Part shown: positions 19,926 through 30,700 of the stretch, one piece after another
Layout of the letters: the number at the start of each line of letters is the position of its first letter
Numbering within the stretch: the stretch's first letter is position 1
Source: Alistipes sp.
Lineage (GTDB): Bacteria > Bacteroidota > Bacteroidia > Bacteroidales > Rikenellaceae
NCBI GenBank assembly: GCA_045654385.1
Contig: JAZONG010000114.1
Location: 6,651-70,650, forward strand
Direction: 5' to 3'
Length of the DNA stretch: 64,000 nt
The notes under the pieces: generated by a model
Database searches by the model: none
The model's input: the letters and a program-made list of their open reading frames with translations, nothing else
What the model was told of the DNA's origin: nothing
Program-made: the position numbers and the translations under genes

Positions 19926-20645
19926 ATGATTTATCATTTAGATATAACCGCCTCGACCAACGACGATGCTCGTGATGAGAAGTATCACGAGGGCGATGTC
20001 GTATGGGCCGATTTCCAGACTGCGGGGCGTGGCCAGCGAGGCCACGAGTGGCACAGCCGCAAGGGGGAAAATTTAACCTTCTCGGTGGTACTCGAACCGT
20101 CGTTTGTGGCTATTGCCGAGCAGTTCTCGGTATCGGAGGTTGTGGCGCTGTCGCTGGTGGATATGCTCTCGGAATATGGCATCGAAGCGAAGATTAAGTG
20201 GACCAACGACATCTATGTCGGCGACAAGAAGTTAGTGGGCATACTTATCGAGCACTCGCTTACTCCAAAGAGTTTGCGCCGCACCATTGCAGGCATTGGC
20301 ATAAATGTAAATCAGACCGAGTTTGACAGTACATTGCCCAATCCCGTGTCAATGGCGCAGTTATTGGGTAGAGAGCTCGATGCAGAGGAGGTTCTGAAAT
20401 GCTTCCTGCAACATCTGCAACGCAACTACGAGATGTTGCGTAAGGGAGCAAAAGAGATGCTGCACGAACGATATAACTCGTTGCTCTATCGCAAAGACGA
20501 ATGGCACACTTACGCCTTGCCAAGTGGCGAGAGATTTAAGGGCTCGATACGAGGTACAGCACCTTCGGGCGCACTATGTATCGAAGAGGAGCGAGGTGCA
20601 ACAAAAGATTATCTCTTCAAAGAGGTCGAATTTGTGATTTTTTAA
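19926..20645 (+). CDS. birA: Biotin protein ligase (no N-terminal HTH)
   Basis: STN, QTAGRGQRG, KWTND and KLVGILIE motifs. Confidence 0.93.
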   Translation: MIYHLDITASTNDDARDEKYHEGDVVWADFQTAGRGQRGHEWHSRKGENLTFSVVLEPSFVAIAEQFSVSEVVALSLVDMLSEYGIEAKIKWTNDIYVGDKKLVGILIEHSLTPKSLRRTIAGIGINVNQTEFDSTLPNPVSMAQLLGRELDAEEVLKCFLQHLQRNYEMLRKGAKEMLHERYNSLLYRKDEWHTYALPSGERFKGSIRGTAPSGALCIEEERGATKDYLFKEVEFVIF

Positions 20646-20698
20646 CTATATTTGTGAACAAGCAAACCGAAATTTAACAACTAAAAACTATTATAATT

Positions 20699-21082
20699 AT
20701 GGCAAACATTCCTGCTGAATTGAAGTATTCGAACGACCACGAGTGGTGTCGAGTAGAGGGCGAGTACGCCTATGTTGGTATCACTGACTTCGCTCAGAGC
20801 GAGTTGGGAGATATTGTATTTGTTGATGTGCAGACCGAGGGCGAGAACTTGGCAGCCGGTGATCTTTTTGGTACTATCGAGGCCGTAAAGACCGTTTCTG
20901 ACGCATTTACTCCTGTTTCGGGCGAAGTTGTAGAGGTAAACCCTGCAATCGACGCAGACCCTGCACTCGTAAACAAAGATCCATACGGCGAGGGCTGGAT
21001 GATTAAGGTTAAGATGTCGGCTCCTGAGGAGGTTGAGTCGCTCCTCTCGGCTGATGAGTATGCCGCTTTCATCGAGAAGTAG
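20699..21082 (+). CDS. gcvH: Glycine cleavage system H protein
   Basis: HEW, GITDFAQSELGD, lipoyl site EAVKTVS and DPYGEGW motifs. Confidence 0.96.
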   Translation: MANIPAELKYSNDHEWCRVEGEYAYVGITDFAQSELGDIVFVDVQTEGENLAAGDLFGTIEAVKTVSDAFTPVSGEVVEVNPAIDADPALVNKDPYGEGWMIKVKMSAPEEVESLLSADEYAAFIEK

Positions 21083-21101
21083 AAGTATATATATAATAGG
21101 T

Positions 21102-21135
21102 AACCGAGTCCGCAGCCGCAGACTCGGTTTTTTTA
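21102..21135 (+). terminator. Intrinsic terminator after gcvH
   Basis: aaccgagtc-loop-gactcggtt followed by a T-run. Confidence 0.85.
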
Positions 21136-21188
21136 TTGAACAAAACAACAATAGCAACCTAAAATTGAATATGATTGAGGAAAAATAA

Positions 21189-21209
21189 AGGGGAGCAAAA
21201 TGCTCCCCT
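21189..21209 (-). terminator. Intrinsic terminator of the sigma factor/small ORF transcript
   Basis: aggggagca-aaa-tgctcccct, followed by TTATTTTT on the minus strand. Confidence 0.8.
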
Positions 21210-21227
21210 CCCACAAATTAACCCTCT

Positions 21228-21362
21228 TTATGCCTCCGAACGAAGGACCGTATGTAAGAACGAGTCCAAATAGAGTAGTTCTGCATCTCCGCAAATCACT
21301 TGCGAAAGAAATAGGTCCTCCTCGCAGACATGGTGTAATACTCGATTGTCGATATTCTCCAT
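21228..21362 (-). CDS. Candidate 44-aa small protein (not in the ORF track)
   Basis: ATG..TAA ORF MENIDNRVLHHVCEEDLFLSQVICGDAELLYLDSFLHTVLRSEA. It fills the gap between the ECF sigma gene and the terminator. Confidence 0.45.
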   Translation of the reverse strand: MENIDNRVLHHVCEEDLFLSQVICGDAELLYLDSFLHTVLRSEA

Positions 21363-21427
21363 AGGCAAGAATTTTAATGAACTTCACCTATACAACGACA
21401 AAGTTGAGTATTTTATTGTCAATAAGT

Positions 21428-22012
21428 TCAACAAAGAACCAAATTTTTCTCTTTTATCATCTGTCGCATATTGATCAGGGCATATCTCATTCTACCAAGT
21501 GCGGTATTGATGCTCACGCCTGTATGCTCAGCGATCTCTTTGAAACTAAGCCCCTCGTAGTAGCGCATACGGACAACCTCCTGCTGCTCCTCGGGTAACT
21601 TTGCTATCAACGAGCGTACCTCCTCTGCCTGCTGCTCCGATATTATATGGTCCTCTATCGAAGGCTCTGCAAACTTCTTACTGCCCAAAACATCAAATCC
21701 TGCACTCGACTCATTCACGGTCTTAACCTGCTTCTGTGCTCGGAAGTGGTCTAACACTCTGTTGTGCGCAATACGCAACAACCAAGGTTGAAATCGACCT
21801 GTGTCTGTATAGCGTCCCTCATCAATCACCTTCACGACCTTTATCAGTATCTCCTGCATCAAGTCGTCCGCCACATCGTTATCCTTGACCATCATACGGA
21901 CATAATCTCGTAATCGGCGTGTGTGACGCTCCAAAAGTCGGGAAAGGGCCTCGCTATCGCCCTGCTGATACATTTCAAGCAGAGCCTGGTCGCTTAACAT
22001 TCCACTATTCAT
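21428..22012 (-). CDS. ECF-family RNA polymerase sigma factor
   Basis: Region 2 (DDLMQE, WLLRIAHN..LDHFR) and region 4 (LPEEQ, LSFKEIAE..GVSINTALGRMRYA). Confidence 0.93.
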   Translation of the reverse strand: MNSGMLSDQALLEMYQQGDSEALSRLLERHTRRLRDYVRMMVKDNDVADDLMQEILIKVVKVIDEGRYTDTGRFQPWLLRIAHNRVLDHFRAQKQVKTVNESSAGFDVLGSKKFAEPSIEDHIISEQQAEEVRSLIAKLPEEQQEVVRMRYYEGLSFKEIAEHTGVSINTALGRMRYALINMRQMIKEKNLVLC

Positions 22013-22210
22013 ACTCTTCTCCTTTTAAAATGGTTTTAAGAGTAGATGTTTTTCGATAGGCAATACAATTTTTCAGTTAAACTTCTCGTTATCTATATAT
22101 GCAAGGGTGCAAAATACATCACCTTTGCGACTGCAAGGTAGATATTTTTTGTCAAAGCGCCAAATCAGTACAACTACTCCATATTACGACATATTGGAGA
22201 GAAATAGACA

Positions 22211-22247
22211 AAAATAGTGCCGTAAACGCATTGTAACGGCACTTTTT
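22211..22247 (-). terminator. Probable terminator after the proS-CDF operon
   Basis: agtgccgt-loop-acggcact with A/T flanks. Confidence 0.6.
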
Positions 22248-22327
22248 GAATTTATATATTTATATTCACTTTGGTGAATCGCCCAAATCGACGGGTGAAT
22301 TTACGCCTTTTAGAACATTTTAGGCAA

Positions 22328-23230
22328 CTATTTTAACGGTTCAATATGGATGGCAACAGCCGTATTTTCACCAAATCGAGCACGCAGAGCCTGCTCTATA
22401 TCACGAGATATTTCGTGTGAATCCTGCACCGTCATCGAGCCATCGACACGGATATGCACCTCGATAGCGATATTTGAACCTATGCGTCGAGTGCGAAGAT
22501 TGTGGGGCTTATAGACACTTGGCGTAGCCGATATAATCTCCAAAATCTCACTCTCCACCTCGTGCGGGAGGCTCTTTTCGAGGAGTTCGGCAAGGGCGGT
22601 ACGACAGAGATCTATGGCAACCTTTATAATAAGAGCCGCCACAACAATCGCCGCTATCGGGTCAGCAATGCGCCACTTCTCACCCAAGAAGTAGGCTGCG
22701 CCAACACCCAGCAATGCTCCAATCGAAGAGAGGGCGTCGCTGCGATGATGCCACGCATTTGCCACCACCGACGGACTATCCAACTTCTTGCCCCTACGCA
22801 CGGTGTATTGGTACAATACCTCCTTTACAACAATCGAAATTGCCGCTGCAACTATGGCTATAACTCCGGGACGAGGTAGCACCTCTCCACCTGCCACAGC
22901 CTTAATTTTCTCGGCACTATCGAGCAGAATATCGACTCCCACAGCAAACAATGCCACGCCGATAATCAGCGAAGCGAGGGTTTCGTACTTGCCGTGTCCC
23001 CACTTATGGTCGTCGTCACGAGGTTTTGAGCTGATGCGCACAAAGGCCAACACCACAATATCGGTGGCAAAGTCCGAAGCCGAGTGGACAGCATCTGCAA
23101 TCATCGCTCCACTTCGTCCAACAATGCCCGCAACCAATTTGAAGACAAAGAGTAGCATATTGACAAACATACCGAGTATGGTTACTCGGTATATCTGTTT
23201 TGTTCGTATGTCGGTTGTGCCGTTTAGCAT
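22328..23230 (-). CDS. Cation diffusion facilitator family transporter (FieF-like)
   Basis: ADAVHSASD, H.WGHGKYE, HHRSD and HIEP motifs. Start placed at ATG 23230, just after the proS stop. Confidence 0.92.
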   Translation of the reverse strand: MLNGTTDIRTKQIYRVTILGMFVNMLLFVFKLVAGIVGRSGAMIADAVHSASDFATDIVVLAFVRISSKPRDDDHKWGHGKYETLASLIIGVALFAVGVDILLDSAEKIKAVAGGEVLPRPGVIAIVAAAISIVVKEVLYQYTVRRGKKLDSPSVVANAWHHRSDALSSIGALLGVGAAYFLGEKWRIADPIAAIVVAALIIKVAIDLCRTALAELLEKSLPHEVESEILEIISATPSVYKPHNLRTRRIGSNIAIEVHIRVDGSMTVQDSHEISRDIEQALRARFGENTAVAIHIEPLK

Positions 23231-23237
23231 ACTATAA

Positions 23238-24722
23238 TTAATAACTCTTAGCGAAGAGAACTCGGTATGGCGAAGGTTTGCCTGTGAAGATACACTTACC
23301 CTCCTCAGGCTCAACATCCAAAGGAATACAACGGATAGTTGCCTTTGTAGCCTCCTTGATAGCCTGCTCGGTCTCAGGTGTACCATCCCAGTGCGCCGAG
23401 ATGAAGCCACCCTTGTTGTTCAATACCTCTACAAACTCATCCCAAGTATCAACCTTGGTAATCATCGAGTTACGATAGTCGAGAGCCTTCTGGAAGATAT
23501 TCTTCTGCTGCTCGTCGAGCAAGTTTACGATATAGTCGATAAGTCCCTCCTGCGAAACGGTCTCCTTGGTCAAGGTATCACGACGAGCCAACTCGATAGT
23601 ACCGTTTGCGAGATCACGCTGACCGAGTGCAAGGCGTACAGGTACACCCTTCAACTCGTACTCTGCGAACTTGAAGCCTGCACGAACATTATCACGGTCA
23701 TCAACCTTAACACGCACGCCCTTAGCCTTCAACGCATCGGCAATCTCGTTCATCTTTACACGAGCCGCCTCCAACTGCTCCTCTCCCTTGTAGATAGGAA
23801 CGATTACAACCTGTGTCGGAGCCAACTTCGGAGGCAATACCAAACCGTTATTGTCCGAGTGAGCCATAATCAAAGCACCCATCAAACGAGTAGATACACC
23901 CCACGATGTTGCCCATACATACTCCAACTTGCCCTCACGGTTAGCATACTTCACATCGAATGCCTTTGCAAAGTTCTGACCAAGGAAGTGCGAAGTACCA
24001 CTCTGCAACGCCTTACCATCCTGCATCAACGCCTCGATGGTGAGAGTATCCTCAGCGCCGGCAAAGCGCTCATTTGGCGACTTATGACCAACGATTACAG
24101 GCAAGCAAAGCCACTCCTCAGCGAACTTCTGATATACCTTAATCATCTGCAATGCCTCTGCCTCTGCCTCCTTACGAGTTTCGTGTGCGGTGTGTCCCTC
24201 CTGCCACAAGAACTCTGCGGTACGCAAGAATAAACGGGTACGCATCTCCCAACGAACAACATTTGCCCATTGGTTGCAGAGAATTGGAAGATCACGATAT
24301 GAGTTTATCCAACCCTTGTATGTGTTCCAGATGATAGTCTCCGATGTCGGGCGAACTATCAACTCCTCCTCCAAGCGAGCCGCAGGATCAACCACAATAC
24401 CCTTGCCATTCTCGTCATTCTTCAAACGGTAGTGGGTAACCACAGCGCACTCCTTTGCGAAGCCCTCAACATGGTTTGCCTCCTTCGAGAAGAACGATTT
24501 AGGGATAAAGAGTGGGAAGTAAGCATTCTGCACGCCTGTCTCCTTGAACATTCCGTCGAGTACCTCGTGCATCTTCTCCCAAATAGCGTATCCGTAAGGC
24601 TTAATAACCATACAGCCACGCACAGCCGAGTTCTCGGCCAATCCCGCCTTTACTACGAGGTCGTTGTACCATTGCGAATAGTTCTCATCGCTCTTGGTCA
24701 AATCTTTCAATTCTACTGCCAT
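23238..24722 (-). CDS. proS: Proline--tRNA ligase (eukaryote/archaea-type)
   Basis: [28 protein letters not shown] and TSHFLGQNF motifs; C-terminal FAKSY. Confidence 0.98.
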   Translation of the reverse strand: MAVELKDLTKSDENYSQWYNDLVVKAGLAENSAVRGCMVIKPYGYAIWEKMHEVLDGMFKETGVQNAYFPLFIPKSFFSKEANHVEGFAKECAVVTHYRLKNDENGKGIVVDPAARLEEELIVRPTSETIIWNTYKGWINSYRDLPILCNQWANVVRWEMRTRLFLRTAEFLWQEGHTAHETRKEAEAEALQMIKVYQKFAEEWLCLPVIVGHKSPNERFAGAEDTLTIEALMQDGKALQSGTSHFLGQNFAKAFDVKYANREGKLEYVWATSWGVSTRLMGALIMAHSDNNGLVLPPKLAPTQVVIVPIYKGEEQLEAARVKMNEIADALKAKGVRVKVDDRDNVRAGFKFAEYELKGVPVRLALGQRDLANGTIELARRDTLTKETVSQEGLIDYIVNLLDEQQKNIFQKALDYRNSMITKVDTWDEFVEVLNNKGGFISAHWDGTPETEQAIKEATKATIRCIPLDVEPEEGKCIFTGKPSPYRVLFAKSY

Positions 24723-24746
24723 ATCTTTTAATTTTTTTACATTTTC

Positions 24747-24781
24747 AGCCCATAGCTACTGGCTTTTAGCCATTAGCTTTT
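24747..24781. repeat. Degenerate heptamer array in the proS leader
   Basis: agcccat-agctact-ggctttt-agccatt-agctttt. Confidence 0.55.
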
Positions 24782-24829
24782 TTCATACGATGCGCAAAGA
24801 TAGGTATTTTTTGTGATAATTCCGATAAA

Positions 24830-26254
24830 TTATCGTTTTTTGCGAACTACCACCCTCTGCAACGGCTCGTTCGACACTCGAACCGGAGAGTTCTCTTTGA
24901 AGTATTCAACATCGAGATCAAGCACCAAAAGTGGTGTTCGCACCTCCTCCTCGCACTCTAAATTTTTGTAGTTTCGAGCCACATAATCGGCCATTGCAAT
25001 GCGATATTTTCTATCCTCTCGCAACAGCGGAAAACGCACATCGAAAGCCTCATCGTTTTCATCCACCAAAATTCTGTAAGGTGTTGTAGCATAGAGGTCT
25101 ATACAATGCGACTCCTTCATATTCTGGGTGTCGTTATACTTCGAAATTATCAACTTTCGGAGTTGCGCAGGGGTCATCACCATAGTGTGAACCTGCGAAA
25201 AAAACGGCTCATTGTCGAAGAGTGTTTTAATCGTAACAAAACCCTCCGGCAAACCATCCGAAAGACGCACTCCGCCACGGTGATATATGCCAATTTCAGC
25301 ATCTGTCGCCTCCTTGATAATTTCAGTCTGCAAATTACACAAACCGGTATGATTGACTGCTCTTGCCACCGAGCCGACTACCACCTTTAACGCCGGATTT
25401 GACTCTATATCGGCAATTATGCGCTCGATATTAGCATCCTTGGCATACCCCTTCAACGGGATATTTTCGTAGTGAACACTCACTACCCTACGACCTCGCA
25501 TCTGCACCTTTGTTGCACCAACATATCGCAATTTACGACCCGTTTGAGCAACTGTCGTACCCTTCACAAGGGTATCCAAAACGGCGTGTGTATGACCTCC
25601 GATAATCACATCGTAGCCCCCATATCGAGAAGCCAACTCCATATCTCGGTCGTCGCCCATATGCGATAAAAGTACCTTGACCTTGCCCTCCAACGCCTCA
25701 CATTCACGCTCGGCAACGGCCTGCGGGTCTTCGAATTTCAACCCTTTGAATGAGGAATCATTTCCGTCGGGATGGCCGTTGGCATAACTTGTAACAACAC
25801 CTACAAAATCGACCGTAATACCCTCCGGTGTAGTTATTTGCTCACTCTTATTCACATCGTCGAGCAACGCAGTCGTGGAGGTCATATTGGCACATACGAC
25901 ATCGAAATCGGCCTTATCGATCGCACTGTCAAGTACCTCCTGCCCTGCATCAAAATCGTGATTGCCGAGCGTTACCACATCGTAACCGATAGCATTCATC
26001 AGGCGGATAATCGGCAGTCGTCCCTCTGCCAAATCGACATAGGCATTACCGGTCCATCTATCACCCGCATCGACCACAATCGTAAAGATGGTGTCTCGAC
26101 ACTCCTTGACTGCCGTAGCTAAGCGTGCCATATTTTCGAGTGAGGCGTGCATATCGTTGGTCGAGAGAATTACAAATTCGCTCCTGCGAAAGGTTACTCG
26201 ATATGCAGCAAGCAACGCCACAACCAACACCAATATCCACCAAAATTTTTTCAT
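24830..26254 (-). CDS. 5'-nucleotidase / UDP-sugar hydrolase family metallophosphatase
   Basis: TNDMH, DAGD, GNHDFD, SHMG and GGHTH motifs; C-terminal GGVR domain; N-terminal membrane anchor. Confidence 0.9.
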   Translation of the reverse strand: MKKFWWILVLVVALLAAYRVTFRRSEFVILSTNDMHASLENMARLATAVKECRDTIFTIVVDAGDRWTGNAYVDLAEGRLPIIRLMNAIGYDVVTLGNHDFDAGQEVLDSAIDKADFDVVCANMTSTTALLDDVNKSEQITTPEGITVDFVGVVTSYANGHPDGNDSSFKGLKFEDPQAVAERECEALEGKVKVLLSHMGDDRDMELASRYGGYDVIIGGHTHAVLDTLVKGTTVAQTGRKLRYVGATKVQMRGRRVVSVHYENIPLKGYAKDANIERIIADIESNPALKVVVGSVARAVNHTGLCNLQTEIIKEATDAEIGIYHRGGVRLSDGLPEGFVTIKTLFDNEPFFSQVHTMVMTPAQLRKLIISKYNDTQNMKESHCIDLYATTPYRILVDENDEAFDVRFPLLREDRKYRIAMADYVARNYKNLECEEEVRTPLLVLDLDVEYFKENSPVRVSNEPLQRVVVRKKR

Positions 26255-26272
26255 ACCCTTTTTAGCAAAAAG

Positions 26273-26301
26273 TGGTTGACTAAAAAGTATTTAGCCAACC
26301 A
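26273..26301 (-). terminator. Probable terminator after purC
   Basis: tggttgactaaa-loop-tttagccaacca, followed by CTTTTT on the minus strand. Confidence 0.6.
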
Positions 26302-26337
26302 TATTTAATACAAGCTCTATCGTAAGGGATAAAAAAC

Positions 26338-27282
26338 CTACAATGTAGCCAAGAACTCTGTAACATTCTTTGCGATGCGTGCCTCAACATCGTCGCACTC
26401 AGCCTTCTCAAACTTCTCGCCTACGATGTTCTCGTACAACTCGATGTAGCGCTCGGTGATGCTCGATACAATTTCAGGAGTCATCTCCGGAACCTGCTGG
26501 CCATCCTGTCCCTGGAAGCCGTTTGCCATAAGCCACTCACGAACAAACTCCTTCGAGAGTTGCTTCTGCTTCTCACCTGCTGCAAGACGCTCCTCGTAGC
26601 CCTCTGCATAGAAGTAACGAGAAGAGTCAGGAGTGTGAATCTCATCCATCAAGTAGATTACGCCATTCTTCTTACCGAACTCATACTTGGTATCAACCAA
26701 AATCAAGCCCATCTTTGCAGCAATCTCTGTACCACGCTGGAAGATTGCGTGAGTGTACTTCTCCAACTGCTCGTAATCCTCACGAGAAACGATACCCTGA
26801 GCGATAATCTCCTCCTTCGAAATATCCTCGTCATGTCCCTCGGCAGCCTTGGTTGTAGGGGTGATGATCGGAGTTGGGAACTTCTGATTCTCAACCATTC
26901 CCTCCGGCATCTCCACGCCGCAAAGAACTCGCTTACCCGCCTTGTACTCACGCCAAGCGTGTCCCGAAAGGTAACCACGAATAACCATCTCAACCTTGAA
27001 AGGCTCGCACTTATGACCTACTGTAACCATTGGATCGGGGGTAGCGATTTTCCAGTTTGGAAGGATGTCGGTTGTTGCATCGAGGAACTTCGCTGCAATC
27101 TGATTGAGCACCTGTCCCTTGAAAGGAATACCCTTTGGCAATACAACATCAAATGCCGAAATACGGTCCGAAACAACCATTACAAGATAGTCGCCCTCAA
27201 CACTGTAAACATCACGAACCTTACCTACATAGTGGTCGGTCTGACCAGGCAACTGCAAATTAGTTTTTACTACTGCTTCCAT
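26338..27282 (-). CDS. purC: SAICAR synthetase
   Basis: [23 protein letters not shown] and [10 protein letters not shown] motifs. Start placed at MEAVVK, downstream of TATATTTG at 27319-27326. Confidence 0.97.
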   Translation of the reverse strand: MEAVVKTNLQLPGQTDHYVGKVRDVYSVEGDYLVMVVSDRISAFDVVLPKGIPFKGQVLNQIAAKFLDATTDILPNWKIATPDPMVTVGHKCEPFKVEMVIRGYLSGHAWREYKAGKRVLCGVEMPEGMVENQKFPTPIITPTTKAAEGHDEDISKEEIIAQGIVSREDYEQLEKYTHAIFQRGTEIAAKMGLILVDTKYEFGKKNGVIYLMDEIHTPDSSRYFYAEGYEERLAAGEKQKQLSKEFVREWLMANGFQGQDGQQVPEMTPEIVSSITERYIELYENIVGEKFEKAECDDVEARIAKNVTEFLATL

Positions 27283-27332
27283 ATCACTTTTTAGTTTGTT
27301 GTTATCTCTTAATTGGTGCAAATATACAAAAC

Positions 27333-27365
27333 AAAACGGAAAACAGAAAGCGGAAAGCGGAAAAC
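27333..27365. repeat. Heptamer array in the purC promoter region
   Basis: aaaacgg-aaaacag-aaagcgg-aaagcgg-aaaac. Confidence 0.65.
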
Positions 27366-27722
27366 TTTATAAGTTTTTGCAGGGAGCGAAGATTCAAGCA
27401 CAAAAAGCAACTTTTAACCCCATAATTCACCCTTTCATTCGGCGATTTCATAATTTGCATTTTTATGCAGATATTCAAACAATTTATCGGATTACACTCT
27501 ATAACTCCCTGCGTAGCCATTTTATCGAAAAAAGAGATAAAGGAGGGAGAGTAATGCGAGGCTACAAAGCGACGCTATTATTAAAATTTTTACATATCAT
27601 TTTAGCCTCTATTAAGTGCTGATTACTTTCGAATTATAAGTAATTTGCGCAAGTCTGCTTTCAAATCGTAAAAACCACGCATTTTTATTCGAAATAAATT
27701 TGATGGTTTTATATTTTATTTC

Positions 27723-27730
27723 TATCTTTG
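27723..27730 (+). promoter_or_regulatory. -7 promoter element for the susC operon
   Basis: TATCTTTG with an upstream TTTG (-33-like) near 27699-27702. Confidence 0.65.
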
Positions 27731-27769
27731 CAGCTTGGAATACATATATTTAATTAAATACAAACTCAA

Positions 27770-30700
27770 ATGCTTATGGTTAAAAAAATTATGCTATCAA
27801 TCGCTGCTATTCTGTTTGCGAGCATCTCGGTGTTTGCACAGAACAAGCAGGTATCGGGTAGCGTTACCGGCACGGATGGATATCCGGTTGTCGGTGCTAC
27901 CGTAGTGGTAGATGGAACCACTATCGGTACTTCGACCGATTTGCAGGGTAATTACACGCTCTCCGCTCCAACGAACGGAACGCTTGTATTCTCGTTTATC
28001 GGCTATGAAGATACCAAGGTCGAAATCAACGGCAAGACCGCTATCAATGTGGTTTTGAAGGAGGCTTCGAAGACTATTGACGATGTTATCGTCATCGCCT
28101 TCGGTGAGGCGAAGAAAGATGCCTTCACCGGTTCGGCTAAGGTCGTTTCGGCAGACGATTTGAGCAAGACTCAATCGACAAACATCTCTGATGCGTTGGT
28201 TGGTAAGGTTGCAGGTATGCAGACCACCTCTTCATCAGGTCGTCCGGGTTCAAGTCAGAGCATCTCTATTCGTGGTATCGGTTCGGTGAATGCCGGTACT
28301 GCTCCGCTCTGGGTTGTCGACGGTATGATCTATGAGGGTGATATCAACAACATCAACCCTGCCGACATCGAGTCTATCACCGTGCAGAAGGATGCTGCAT
28401 CTAACGCATTGTATGGTGCTCGTGGTGCAAACGGTGTTATCATGGTTACAACCAAGCGTGCTCGAATTGGCGACGCTACCATCACCTTTGATGGCAAGTG
28501 GGGCTTGAACACTCGTGCATTGCAGACCTACGACTATGTAGACAATGCAAGCGAGTACTACGAGTTACACTATCGTGCCCTCTACAACAAGTTCTATGGC
28601 GCAGAGAAGGATCACCTCAAAGCCCACAAGCAGGCTAACGAGTTGCTCACATCGAACAATCCCGGCGGTTTGGGTTACAATGTAATGACTGTTCCTGCCG
28701 GTCAGTACCTCATCGGTACAAACGGCAAGATGAACCCTAACGCTACTGAGGGTCGCAAGGTAACCTACAAGGGCAAGGATTATTGGTTGCAGCCTGACGA
28801 TTGGATGAACGCACTCTACAAGCCTTCGTTCCGTCAGGAGTACAATGTAAATGTTGCAGCTGCAAACGATAAGGGTAGTTTCTTCGCTTCGTTCGGTTAC
28901 TTGGATAACGACGGTATCATCGACGGTTCGCACAACGAGCGTTACACTACTCGTTTGCGTGCAGACTATCAGGCAAAGAAGTGGTTGAAGGTTGGAGGTA
29001 ACTTCTCTTACACCAACTTTACCTGGGAGAGTGGTGATGATGTAGATTATGAGGGTTCAAGCGATGCGAATGTATTTGCTACCGCAGTAAATACCGCTCC
29101 TATCTACCCTATCTACATACGTGACGGCAAGGGCAACCACACCTACGACCAGTGGGGTTTCAAGGTTTACGATATCGGTAACGGAGCAAATGCAGGTTCG
29201 ATGCGTACCACCGGCGGTATGTCGAACGAGTTGCAGGATATCCAGCTCAACCGCTATGTCAGCGAGGGTAACTCATTCTCGGCTAAGGGTTTTGCGGAGA
29301 TTCGTTTCTATCGTGATTTGAAGTTCCGCTTCAATGCAGGTAGCGATGTTGATGAGACTCGCCACTCTACATTGCTCAACCCATACTACGGACAGTTCGC
29401 AACTGAGGGCGGTATCGTATCAAAGGAGCACCAGCGCATTATTACCTACAACTTGGAGCAGTTGCTCAACTATACCCACACATTCGACAATATGCACAAC
29501 ATCGACATCTTGGCAGGTCACGTTTCGTATGACTATAAGGGTTATTCGTTGGGTGCAACCAAGGCTAAGATGTACTCTTACGAGTATGACGAGTTGAATG
29601 GTTTGGTTGTAGATAAGCAGAGTGCTAATTCGTATCGTTCACACTACAACACCGAGGGTTACCTCTTCCGTGCGCAGTACGACTTCGACCAGCGAGTACA
29701 CGCTATGGTATCGTATCGTCGTGATGCATCGTCGAACTTCCACCCGGATCACCGTTGGGGTAACTTCTGGGCTATCTCGGCAGGTTGGTTGATCAACCGT
29801 GAGCACTGGTTCAAGGCTTCATTCGTAGATATGTTGAAGGTTAAGGCTTCGTATGGTGTTCAGGGTAACGATAACATCCCTTCATACCTCTATGTTGACC
29901 AGTACACTATCTCGAATGATGGTCAGGATGGTATCTCGACTATTTTCGGTGTAAAGGGTAATCCAAATATCACTTGGGAGACCAACGGCAACCTCAACAT
30001 CGGAGTTGAGTTCAGTTTGTGGGGCGGTCGCCTCTATGGAGGTCTTGACTACTTCAACCGCAAGACTACCGATATGTTGTTCTCGTTGTCGGTTGCTCCA
30101 TCACTCGGTTATACATCATACTACACCAACATCGGTGATATGGTGAATAATGGTTTCGAGTTGGAGTTGGGTGCCGACATCTTCCGCAAGAAGAACTTCG
30201 TTTGGAATGTAAGTCTTAATATGGCTCACTACTCGAACAAGGTTACTCGCTTGCCTGAGGAGTACCGCAGCCACACTACTACCGATGGTAAGGTTGCAGG
30301 TTACGACAACGGCTCGTACTTCCTCGCAGAGGGTTACTCTCGTTGGACTTGGTACTTGCCTACCTACGCAGGTGTAAGTGAGAATGGTGAATCTTTGTGG
30401 TGGTACTACGACCCAATGGACAACAACAAGCGCAAGACAACTAACGAGTACTCGTTGGCAAGCAGTTATGGTCGTGAGTTGCAGGGCGATGCTACACCAG
30501 ATTTGTATGGTGGTATCAACACCTCGATGCAGTTCTACGGTGTAGATTTCTCGGCTAACTTCACCTATCAGATTGGTGGTTTGGCATACGACTCGGGTTA
30601 CGCATCTATGATGGGTTCTCCTATGCAGACTTCGACAGGTTTCGCATTCCACCGTGATTTGTGGGATGCTTGGACCTATGACAAGCCTTCGAACTCGCCT

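Noticed and set aside
21133-21387. 84-aa minus-strand ORF downstream of the sigma gene
   Set aside because: It reads through the terminator hairpin. The 44-aa ORF in another frame fits the transcript boundaries better.
23231-23410. N-terminal extension of the CDF transporter overlapping proS
   Set aside because: The ATG at 23230 just after the proS stop gives a normal-length CDF protein.
27283-27330. Purine, ZTP or PRPP riboswitch upstream of purC
   Set aside because: The -7 element is only about 36 nt from the start codon, leaving no room, and no consensus was seen.
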